DNA of 64,000 nucleotides from an uncultured Prevotellaceae bacterium (GTDB taxonomy: Bacteria > Bacteroidota > Bacteroidia > Bacteroidales > Bacteroidaceae): NCBI GenBank assembly GCA_902776195.1, contig CACYPF010000007.1:9568-73567 (forward strand). The letters are read 5' to 3'. Position 1 is the first letter of the stretch, and every line of letters begins with the position of its first letter. A program made the position numbers and the translations under genes. Below are positions 10,726 through 19,201 of the stretch, piece by piece. Under the pieces are notes generated by a model. It was not told the origin of the DNA. It saw nothing but the letters and a program-made list of their open reading frames with translations, and made no database searches.

Positions 10726-11628
10726 ATGAAACGATTTGTCATTAGACTTATTGCCTTTTTATTTGTTATGTTAACAATAGACAGGGGGTTTGGCATGGTA
10801 ATGAATTATTTGCAGGAAAATGCAAAAGGAGGGTATATTGGGCATCATAATTATATTTTACAAAGGGCGAATGAAGATATCTTGATTTTTGGTTCATCAA
10901 GAGCTCTTCATCATTATAATCCTCAGATTGTGATAGATAGCCTTGGAATGAATTGTTATAATTGCGGTCAAGATGGTAATGGTATTATTTTGTTTTATGG
11001 ATGGTGGCAAATAATAAAAGAAAGGCATATGCCTAAGTTAGTTATTTATGATGTGAATCCTGATTTTGATTTGTTTAAAGGGGATAATTACAAATATTTA
11101 GGTTGGCTTAAGAGCGAATATGACAATGAAAGAGTAAAACGGATCTTTGAAGATATAGATCCGACTGAAAAATTTAAAATGCAATCTATGATGTATCGAT
11201 ATAATTCAAAATTTCTTCAATACATTACAGATTATTTTCACCCTTTTTATGAAATCTCATCGAATGGGTATTTACCATTAAATGGCAAGATGAATAAAAT
11301 GAAAATCAAAGAGAATTCTTTTAAAGACCATATTGATTCGTATGATTTTCTAAAGCTCACCTATTTAGAAGATATTGTAAAGGATATGAACAATCGTGGG
11401 GTAAAAATTGTCTTTGTCGCATCACCTATTTGGTATGGCATTAATGATGCTGTTTTTGGACCATTACAAGATATTTGTAATAAATTTAAAATTCCATTTT
11501 ATATCTTTTCAAATGATAAGAATTTTGTCCATAATGATCTGATGTTTATAGATGGCAACCATTTGAATGCCTTTGGGGCAGACAAATTCACAAGTCAGAT
11601 GTGTTCTATTATAAAAGAAACTAAATGA
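10726..11628 (+). CDS. SGNH-like periplasmic partner of the MBOAT (AlgJ/DltD-like)
   Basis: N-terminal TM anchor, GSSRA (Ser nucleophile block) and C-terminal DGNHLN (DxxH); ATG 10726 preferred over 10705. Confidence 0.75.
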   Translation: MKRFVIRLIAFLFVMLTIDRGFGMVMNYLQENAKGGYIGHHNYILQRANEDILIFGSSRALHHYNPQIVIDSLGMNCYNCGQDGNGIILFYGWWQIIKERHMPKLVIYDVNPDFDLFKGDNYKYLGWLKSEYDNERVKRIFEDIDPTEKFKMQSMMYRYNSKFLQYITDYFHPFYEISSNGYLPLNGKMNKMKIKENSFKDHIDSYDFLKLTYLEDIVKDMNNRGVKIVFVASPIWYGINDAVFGPLQDICNKFKIPFYIFSNDKNFVHNDLMFIDGNHLNAFGADKFTSQMCSIIKETK

Positions 11629-11744
11629 GTGATATTGTCCGCTTAATCTGACCAAAGTAAAAAAAAGAGGTTATCATGTAAATTGTCAATTTTGAGGTTT
11701 TGTGTGAGTGATAGAATTAAAATAATCTAGGGCATGTATGGTAA

Positions 11745-11775
11745 TGTAATCCTCTGAATTTGTCAGAGGATTACA
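11745..11775. repeat. Perfect 13-bp inverted repeat, 5-nt loop
   Basis: TGTAATCCTCTGA-ATTTG-TCAGAGGATTACA; no flanking T run. Confidence 0.85.
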
Positions 11776-11996
11776 ATCAGACTTATATCAGAAATACGAA
11801 GTTATACTCGTTTCTTTATTAAGAGTGCAGGGCATAATAGCTAAGGAAGATAGTGTCAGAGAAATAGCAGTGCCAATAGGACACATATATCATTAATTAA
11901 AGACTTTAAGACCTTGATTAAGATGATAGATGTGTTTCCTCGAGGAGAAGCTTTCTTTAGAGAAGCGTGAGCGGCATCTTATAACAAAAATCGTTT

Positions 11997-13103
11997 TTGA
12001 TGGAGAATTATAATCTCTTTTTTGAACTCGTTAGAATTTCTATTGGACAGGCATGCCAACTCTCGGTTTCGCCTTCATTAGAACAATGGAAACAGTTGTA
12101 TGAGTATGCGATGCAACAGACACTAATAGGTGTTTGTTTTGCAGGAGTTAAGCGGCTGAAAGAACAAGGGATAGAAATACCTCAATCCTTGTTTATGACG
12201 TGGTTGTCGCAGGCTGTGTTCATTAAAGAAAGGAATGAGAAAATGAACCGATGGTCTGCTTCTCTTTGTCAGAAGATTAACGATGAAGGTTTCGATTGTT
12301 GTGTGTTGAAAGGACAATCTTTAGCAGCACTCTATACAGGCGAGCTAAGTATGTTACGTCAGTCAGGGGATATTGATATATGGATGTTGGCATCACATAA
12401 AGAAGTCATACGCTGGGGGCAAGAAAATGGTGGCATTTGGTATTATGACTACCATCATGCAGATTATATTGGAATGCAGAGTGTAGAGGTGGAGTTGCAT
12501 TATCGTCCAACGCTTAGTAGAAACTTGTTACGCAATGCTAGGTTGCAACGATGGATTAGAAAAGAGGGAGTTGCGTTGATTGCAAAATCTGAAACAAATT
12601 TCCCCATGCCCAGTAAACTGTTTAATCTGATATTGGTTCTTAATCATAATTTCTGGCATTTATTGTATGAAGGAGTGGGACTAAGGCAAACCATGGACTT
12701 ATACTATACATTGTTGCATAACGACTATCGGAAAGATGAAGTCCAATCTTTATTGCAGTACTTTGGATTAGACAAATTTGCTGCTGCCAATATGTGGGTG
12801 ATGCAAGAATTGTTTGCATTGCCTGCTGATAAAATGGTTGTTACACCAAATGATGAGGCAGGTAGGCACCTCCTGCACGAAATCATGCAAGCAGGCAATT
12901 TTGGTCATTATGACAAACGGCTTATGCAGAACAGATATCGTAACAGGATTTTGTTAATGGCTGGTTGGATGAAGCATAACTTTAGACTCTTTCGCTATTA
13001 TCCCGCAGATGTGTTGTGGTCGCCACTGGGCGTACTATATATTTCTATGTGGCGTAGGTGGCATTATCTGATAGATGGCATAAAGTTAAATAAAAAGATT
13101 TAA
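11997..13103 (+). CDS. Nucleotidyltransferase family protein (NTP_transf_5-like)
   Basis: LKGQSLA..Y, RQSGDIDIW, VEVELHY and GVGLRQ..D motifs. Confidence 0.8.
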   Translation: MMENYNLFFELVRISIGQACQLSVSPSLEQWKQLYEYAMQQTLIGVCFAGVKRLKEQGIEIPQSLFMTWLSQAVFIKERNEKMNRWSASLCQKINDEGFDCCVLKGQSLAALYTGELSMLRQSGDIDIWMLASHKEVIRWGQENGGIWYYDYHHADYIGMQSVEVELHYRPTLSRNLLRNARLQRWIRKEGVALIAKSETNFPMPSKLFNLILVLNHNFWHLLYEGVGLRQTMDLYYTLLHNDYRKDEVQSLLQYFGLDKFAAANMWVMQELFALPADKMVVTPNDEAGRHLLHEIMQAGNFGHYDKRLMQNRYRNRILLMAGWMKHNFRLFRYYPADVLWSPLGVLYISMWRRWHYLIDGIKLNKKI

Positions 13104-13109
13104 GTATAT

Positions 13110-14255
13110 ATGGTTAAGATTATACGTGCAACGACAGTACCTCAGTCTTTGAATAATTTTTGCAAAGATATATTAAGGGAGTTGTCCGAGCGATATGAAG
13201 TTGTAGGATTGTCTTCTCCTGGTTTAGAACTTGAGGAGGTGGCTAATCGAGAGGGGGTTAGGGTAATAGCCGTCCCAATGGAGCGACATATATCATTGGT
13301 AAAAGACTTTAAGGCTTTGATAAAGATGATAGGTGTGTTCCGTAGAGAGAAACCAACGATGGTACATTCGATGACACCAAAGGCAGGACTGCTATGTATG
13401 GTGGCAGGATGGCTGACAAGAGTGCCCGTTCGTGTACACACTTTTACAGGACTTGTTTTCCCTACTTCAACGGGACTGAAACGCAGAATCCTAATGACGA
13501 CGGACTGGCTGACATGCGCATGTGCTACGCATGTGATTCCGGAAGGGGAGGGGGTTAAAAGTGATCTTCTCAATAATAAGATTACGAAAAAAACGCTGAA
13601 AGTGTTAGGCTATGGAAATGTAATGGGGGTAGATATGACCCGCTTTTCATGCAGACCAGAGATTAAATTGTTGGAACAAAAATTAAGAGATTCGAGTCTG
13701 ATAACATTCTTATTTGTGGGCCGAATAGTGAAGGATAAAGGAATTAACGAACTATGTGCGGCATTCAAATGTTTGCATGAAAAAAATCCCAATACGAGAC
13801 TGTGGCTGATTGGACCCTATGAAGATGCGTTAGACCCCGTGTCTCCCGAAACACGTAAGATTATTAACGAGAAGAATGGTGTGTATGCTTTAGGAAAAAG
13901 AACAGGAGACGAATTGTTATCCTATTATGCTGCCGCAGATTGTTTTGTTATGCCAAGTTACCGTGAGGGATTCCCAAATACAGTGCTTGAAGCAGGAGCG
14001 ATGGGGCTGCCATCAATAGTAACAGATATCAATGGATCTCGTGAGATTATTCGAGATGGTGAAAACGGGTTAATAGTTCCTCCTCAGAAATCTGAACCTC
14101 TTTTTGATGCCATGGGACGGATGATGAGAGATAAAACAGCTAGGGAATATATGGCAGGTAATGCAAGAAAGATGATAGCGGATAGATTTGAGCAAAGTTT
14201 TGTCCGAAAATGTTTGTATGACTTTTATGATGAAATATTGAAACCTTATGTATAA
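13110..14255 (+). CDS. GT4 glycosyltransferase (PglA/CapM-like)
   Basis: HSMTPKAG, FVGRIVKDKGINEL and PSYREGFPNTVLEA motifs. Confidence 0.92.
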   Translation: MVKIIRATTVPQSLNNFCKDILRELSERYEVVGLSSPGLELEEVANREGVRVIAVPMERHISLVKDFKALIKMIGVFRREKPTMVHSMTPKAGLLCMVAGWLTRVPVRVHTFTGLVFPTSTGLKRRILMTTDWLTCACATHVIPEGEGVKSDLLNNKITKKTLKVLGYGNVMGVDMTRFSCRPEIKLLEQKLRDSSLITFLFVGRIVKDKGINELCAAFKCLHEKNPNTRLWLIGPYEDALDPVSPETRKIINEKNGVYALGKRTGDELLSYYAAADCFVMPSYREGFPNTVLEAGAMGLPSIVTDINGSREIIRDGENGLIVPPQKSEPLFDAMGRMMRDKTAREYMAGNARKMIADRFEQSFVRKCLYDFYDEILKPYV

Positions 14256-14868
14256 ACATTTTTTTAAGCGATTCTTTGATTTTTGGATTTCGCTGATTGC
14301 GCTTATCTGTATTAGTCCTATTCTGTTGATTGTTACCATCTGGCTCCATTATGCCAATAAAGGAGCTGGTGCATTCTTCTTTCAGGAGCGTATAGGAAAA
14401 AATGAAAAAATTTTTAAAGTCATTAAGTACAAAACAATGACAGACGAGCGTGATGCAGAGGGGAATCTGCTACCCGATGAACAGCGACTGACCAAAGTCG
14501 GAATCTTCGTGCGCTCGACATCGATTGATGAGTTGCCTCAGTTAATTAATGTGCTTAAAGGTGATATGGCATTGATAGGGCCAAGACCTTTACTTGTAAG
14601 ATATTTACCTTGGTACACAGAAGAGGAACGGCATAGACATGACATTCGGCCGGGAATTAGTGGATGGGCTCAGTGTCATGGAAGGAATTGTGTTACTTGG
14701 GATGACAAGTTGGCTATGGATGTCTGGTACGTAAAACATATATCACTAATAACAGATATTAATATAATATTGATGACAATTAAATCAGTATTATTCAGAG
14801 AATCAGTTGAGGTTGCAGGTGTTGAAGCACTTGATGTATGTCGAATGGAAAAAAATAAAAAAAATTAA
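14248..14868 (+). CDS. PglC-like initiating phosphoglycosyltransferase (sugar transferase)
   Basis: KRFFD, FFQERIG, KYKTM, DELPQLINVLKGDMALIGPRP and RPGISGWAQ motifs. Confidence 0.93.
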   Translation: MYKHFFKRFFDFWISLIALICISPILLIVTIWLHYANKGAGAFFFQERIGKNEKIFKVIKYKTMTDERDAEGNLLPDEQRLTKVGIFVRSTSIDELPQLINVLKGDMALIGPRPLLVRYLPWYTEEERHRHDIRPGISGWAQCHGRNCVTWDDKLAMDVWYVKHISLITDINIILMTIKSVLFRESVEVAGVEALDVCRMEKNKKN

Positions 14869-14881
14869 TATCTTGCAAAAT

Positions 14882-15889
14882 ATGAAAATAGCAGTTGTAT
14901 TTGGCGCAACAGGTCAACTTGGCTGTTATAGCGCTTTAGCTCTTAAAGATAGTGGTTACGATGTTGTAGCTGTTGGCAGAAGAATATCCGATAATGGTTT
15001 CTTTGCAACAAAAGGAATTAAATTTGTTGGAGGTTTTGACATCTCTTCGAAGGAAGCATTTGATTTGTTGCCTAGAAAAAAATATGATGTGGTTGTGAAT
15101 ATGGCGGGAACAATGCCTGCTCATGCTGATAGGAATATGATGCCATACGTGCAGAGTATTGTTGTTGGTACTGTGAATCTGTGCAATTGGATGAAACAAA
15201 ATGGAACAAGACGGATAGTCTTCAATACAACTCCGAGTGATGTTGCAGAGCATTGGGGCAATACCGACCCTATTGATGACGATGCGCCTCGCTCATTTCC
15301 TAAGAATGGAAATGACCATGCTGTCTATGCTATTTGTAAACGTGCTGCATGCGACATTTTGGAGCATTGCCAAATTGCAGATGACTTTGAGCCTTGTATA
15401 TTTCGGCACTTTATGGTATATGGTTGGCATCCTGATGCTTGGTATTATCTTGATGGAGAGAAAAGAATGTTGCCTTGGCGTTATATGATACGTCGCTGTA
15501 TAAATGGGAAAGGAATTGATGTTTATGGTGATGCTTCCCGTCTCAAAGAGCTTTTATACATTAAGGATTTTGCGTCAGCGGTAGTTCGTGCAGCAGATAC
15601 CCATATTTGTGGCATTTTTAATCTACCAGGTTATAAGCCGTATACTTTAGATGAGATGGTTGATGGTATTATGGCGGCATTCGCGACAAAAGATGCGATC
15701 AAGACTTATCGACCAGATATGCCAGATACTCCTCAGATTTTACTTTCTGGCAAAAAAAGTAAAGAAGTACTTGGTTGGGAACCTCAATGGACATGGGAGA
15801 AAGCCTGTAAAGACATGAAGGCTGAAAGCCAAACCAATCCGATTGAGTTGATGTGGGGACCAATTGATGATGAAGATAGAATTAAGTAA
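14882..15889 (+). CDS. NAD-dependent epimerase/dehydratase (extended SDR)
   Basis: FGATGQLG Rossmann motif, YAICK (YxxxK); ATG 14882 preferred over the overlapping 14807 start. Confidence 0.82.
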   Translation: MKIAVVFGATGQLGCYSALALKDSGYDVVAVGRRISDNGFFATKGIKFVGGFDISSKEAFDLLPRKKYDVVVNMAGTMPAHADRNMMPYVQSIVVGTVNLCNWMKQNGTRRIVFNTTPSDVAEHWGNTDPIDDDAPRSFPKNGNDHAVYAICKRAACDILEHCQIADDFEPCIFRHFMVYGWHPDAWYYLDGEKRMLPWRYMIRRCINGKGIDVYGDASRLKELLYIKDFASAVVRAADTHICGIFNLPGYKPYTLDEMVDGIMAAFATKDAIKTYRPDMPDTPQILLSGKKSKEVLGWEPQWTWEKACKDMKAESQTNPIELMWGPIDDEDRIK

Positions 15890-17124
15890 TGCAACAAGTA
15901 TCATACAAAATGTTAAAAAATCTGGATGAAATATATGGAACGCCTTTCTATATTATGTATCCAGATAAATACAGATATAACATCAATAGCTTTATAAATT
16001 CTTTCAAGAGGAAGTATAATAAAGTTGTTGCTGGCTATTCTTTTAAAACTAATTATGTGCCTGCATTGTGTAGCATTGCTAAAGTAGAAGGGTGTTATGC
16101 GGAGGTCGTTTCTGAAATGGAATATGCATTAGCTCAAAAGATTGGTTTTAAGAATATCATTTTTAATGGACCAATCAAACGTCCGAAAATACTCAAGCAA
16201 GCACTGGAAGATGGAGTGGTCATCAACCTTGATAGCGAATATGAAGTTGAATTAGTTTGCCAGTATAAGCGTGAGAATCCTGAAAGGAACGTTAAGGTTG
16301 GTTTGAGAATTAATATTAACTTGACTGACGAAAATGGCAATAGCACTATTCAGTGTGGGTTGAGGTTCGGTAGATTCGGTTTCCCTGATGAAATAATCGG
16401 AAATAGTATAGAGAAATTAAAAAATGCAGGAATCAAAATTATTTCCTTGCATGGGCATACATCAACCTCTGATAGGGCTGTATTGAATTATAAAATAATA
16501 ACTCAACACATGTTAGCCTCCTGTGAGAAGTATCAATTGAATGATTTGGAATACTTCGATATTGGTGGAGGCTTTTTTGGTGCTGCACCAGAAGGTATGG
16601 ACTTAACAGGAAGACCCAAATATGAAGATTATGCTGATTGTATTTTAGGAGAGGTCTTAACGAATAATTGGTTTTTGAAACAAAAACCTATTATCGTGAT
16701 TGAGCCAGGCTCTTCTGTTGTATCAAATGTTTTTACTTACTACACAAAAGTCTATCAGAATAAAAGGGTTGGAAAGGTAAATTTTGTGATGGTAGATGGA
16801 TCTGTTTTTGATGTAAAGCCAACAATGCATTCCAACAATCTGCCGCATGCAGTATTTAGAGCCTGCACAAATTATGAATCTTACGTTTGTGATGTGGTTG
16901 GATCTACATGTATGGAGAAAGATGTGATGCTTAAGGAAGTGACATTGCCAAAGATGGAGGCTGGTGATTATATCCAGTTTCGGGGAGTCGGCGCATATAC
17001 AATCTGTATGACACCAACGTTTATCAATTACCTTGAGCCTATCTTAATGGAAGAAAATGGCGAATATGTAGAGGTCAGAAGAAGACAAACAATAGATGAT
17101 GTTATACAAATATATAATTATTAG
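15889..17124 (+). CDS. LysA/ODC-fold (group IV) PLP-dependent decarboxylase
   Basis: YSFKTN (PLP Lys), HGH, DIGGGF, IEPGS, VVGSTCMEKD and GAY motifs. Confidence 0.85.
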   Translation: MQQVSYKMLKNLDEIYGTPFYIMYPDKYRYNINSFINSFKRKYNKVVAGYSFKTNYVPALCSIAKVEGCYAEVVSEMEYALAQKIGFKNIIFNGPIKRPKILKQALEDGVVINLDSEYEVELVCQYKRENPERNVKVGLRININLTDENGNSTIQCGLRFGRFGFPDEIIGNSIEKLKNAGIKIISLHGHTSTSDRAVLNYKIITQHMLASCEKYQLNDLEYFDIGGGFFGAAPEGMDLTGRPKYEDYADCILGEVLTNNWFLKQKPIIVIEPGSSVVSNVFTYYTKVYQNKRVGKVNFVMVDGSVFDVKPTMHSNNLPHAVFRACTNYESYVCDVVGSTCMEKDVMLKEVTLPKMEAGDYIQFRGVGAYTICMTPTFINYLEPILMEENGEYVEVRRRQTIDDVIQIYNY

Positions 17125-17133
17125 AATTGCATA

Positions 17134-18141
17134 ATGAATATACTTTTTACATGTGCAGGTCGTAGAACATACTTGCTGAAATATTTTAAAGAGAACCTCA
17201 CTGAGAGAGATAAGATTGTGGCTACTGATATGCAGTTGAGCGCACCTGCATTGCAAGCTGCTGATGTGAAAATACAGGTTCCAGCCGTGTATGACCCAAA
17301 CTATATAGATATAACTTTGGATATCTGTAAAGAGCAGAAGATAGATGCTCTGTTATGTTTAAATGATTTGGAATTGCCAATTCTTGCTGAGAGTAAGGCT
17401 CGCTTTGAGGCTATAGGTGTCAAAGTGATAGTGTCAGATCCTCAAGTGATTGACATTGCATTTGATAAGTATAAGACCGTAAAATGGGTGACATCACTTG
17501 GATTGAATGCTCCAAAAACATACGTAACCCTGGCATCAGCTAAAGAAGCTTTGTCTAAAGGAAAGATAGAATTCCCTCTGTTTATGAAACCGCGTTGGGG
17601 TAGCGGCTCCATTGGTTTGGAAACCATTGAAGATATGCAGGAATTGGACATTTATTATCATCTTCTGATGAAAAAAATCAAGAAGTCTATTCTCGCTACT
17701 GCATCTGTGGGTGATGAGTATATTATGATTCAAGAGAAACTTGGGGGAAAAGAGTTCGGGTTGGACGTGATGAATGACCTTAAAGGCAATAATGTGGCAG
17801 TATCTGTTAAGCAGAAGTTGGCAATGCGTGCTGGCGAAACGGATAAGGCAATTACTGTAAACCTTCCTGAAGTGCGAGAAATAGGGGTCACAATCGGTTG
17901 CAATTTAAAACATATTGGCAATCTTGATGTCGACATTATGCAGCGCGCTAATGGCGACTATTGCGTATTGGAACTGAATCCTCGTTTTGGCGGAGGGTTC
18001 CCGTTTTCATACGAGGCTGGAGTGAATCTACCCTTGGCTATCATTAAATGGCTGCGTGGGGATGAAGTATCTGCATCCATGCTCCAACCCGAATATGGCC
18101 GCATGTTTGCAAAAAACGATTACTTGATGGAGATACTATGA
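17134..18141 (+). CDS. ATP-grasp ligase (carbamoyl-phosphate-synthase-like, polysaccharide-locus type)
   Basis: MNILFTCAGRR start, KPRWGSGS, QEKL, MRAGETDKA and ELNPRFGGG motifs. Confidence 0.88.
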   Translation: MNILFTCAGRRTYLLKYFKENLTERDKIVATDMQLSAPALQAADVKIQVPAVYDPNYIDITLDICKEQKIDALLCLNDLELPILAESKARFEAIGVKVIVSDPQVIDIAFDKYKTVKWVTSLGLNAPKTYVTLASAKEALSKGKIEFPLFMKPRWGSGSIGLETIEDMQELDIYYHLLMKKIKKSILATASVGDEYIMIQEKLGGKEFGLDVMNDLKGNNVAVSVKQKLAMRAGETDKAITVNLPEVREIGVTIGCNLKHIGNLDVDIMQRANGDYCVLELNPRFGGGFPFSYEAGVNLPLAIIKWLRGDEVSASMLQPEYGRMFAKNDYLMEIL

Positions 18142-18150
18142 ATGCTAACC

Positions 18151-18249
18151 TAAGATAGAAGTTCGGTAAAATCGGTAATATTATCTGTAAATGTGGTTGT
18201 GAGATATAATTGGGAATGATTTAATTTTGCAACCAGAATTTAGCAATAA
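18151..18249 (+). repeat. 99-bp exact direct repeat of 19098-19196 (promoter region), copy 1
   Basis: TAAGATAGAAGTTCGG...TTTAGCAATAA identical in both places by eye; contains TAATTTTG -7 element at 18222-18229. Confidence 0.92.
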
Positions 18250-18349
18250 GAATTAGGAAAGCAACTGTTGAATGCTATTAAAGCTGCCCCAAATGATGCA
18301 GCGAGTTATCCTGCTATTAAGGATGTAAGTGTGGACATGAGCCAATATA
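18250..18349 (+). repeat. 100-bp copy of coding segment 19379-19478 of the flavodoxin fusion gene
   Basis: GAATTAGGAAAGCAACTG...GAGCCAATATA matches with one mismatch (GCT vs GCA). Confidence 0.92.
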
Positions 18350-18522
18350 TTTTCACTGGGGATACGCTGATAATGATGAAAAAGCTGTGGCGAAATTGAT
18401 CACAGGGGTAGTTGAGAAAAAATATGTAAAGCTCCTCTTGAAGAATTTATATAGTTTGTTAATCGACGGAAAAGGCATGTATATGCTAATACCAAGAATA
18501 AGTATAATATTGGATTTTTGAA
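18347..18522 (+). pseudogene. Possible relic of an MBL-fold hydrolase C-terminus
   Basis: Reads IFTGDTLI then, after a 1-nt shift, NDEKAVAKLITG; resembles the FTGD motif region of MBL-fold proteins. Confidence 0.35.
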
Positions 18523-19065
18523 TTGCAGGCGAAAGAGCGCGAAGACGTGAGAGAAGAGCTTGAACAATACTTTATTTTATTGTATCAATGTGTACCGCAG
18601 GAGGTTTATGAAGGTCTTCTTTCGGTATTTTGCTTAGGTATAGTTTTATTTGTCGCATTCAAGGGATTAAAAGTTGGTTTCAGGTGGTCGTCAATTCTTC
18701 TGCTAATAGAATACATCTTCTTGCTATTCTGCTCGACAGTCATCTTCAGATCTACAAACGAGGTGAGACGTTACGATTTTCATCTCTTCTGGAGTTATAA
18801 TAGACCTGACTTGTTAGTGGAAAATATCATGAATGTCATTGTATTCATTCCTGTCGGAATGATACTTGGTTCACTGTTAAGGGTTAAGGGTTCATGGTTA
18901 GTTGCGCTTTTGATAGGCTGTAGTATCTCTATCACCATAGAGGCACTACAGTTCTGGTTTATGAGAGGCTTCTCGGAGGTGGATGATGTGATGCATAATA
19001 CGGTGGGATGTTTCGTGGGATACATGCTGGTAAAGATTTCAAGGTTTATTGTTCCTGAATATTAG
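18523..19065 (+). CDS. VanZ-family membrane protein
   Basis: FWSY, ENIMNVIVFIPVG, IEALQF and FSEVDDVMHNTVG motifs; ORF-track start is TTG, exact start uncertain. Confidence 0.85.
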   Translation: MQAKEREDVREELEQYFILLYQCVPQEVYEGLLSVFCLGIVLFVAFKGLKVGFRWSSILLLIEYIFLLFCSTVIFRSTNEVRRYDFHLFWSYNRPDLLVENIMNVIVFIPVGMILGSLLRVKGSWLVALLIGCSISITIEALQFWFMRGFSEVDDVMHNTVGCFVGYMLVKISRFIVPEY

Positions 19066-19097
19066 AGGGTTGTGGTATAGTGAGAAATGAGGTATAT

Positions 19098-19196
19098 TAA
19101 GATAGAAGTTCGGTAAAATCGGTAATATTATCTGTAAATGTGGTTGTGAGATATAATTGGGAATGATTTAATTTTGCAACCAGAATTTAGCAATAA
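19098..19196 (+). promoter_or_regulatory. Promoter region of the flavodoxin fusion gene (copy 2 of the 99-bp repeat)
   Basis: Bacteroidetes -7 consensus TAnnTTTG as TAATTTTG at 19169-19176, 25 nt before ATG 19202. Confidence 0.7.
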
Positions 19197-19201
19197 TACT
19201 G

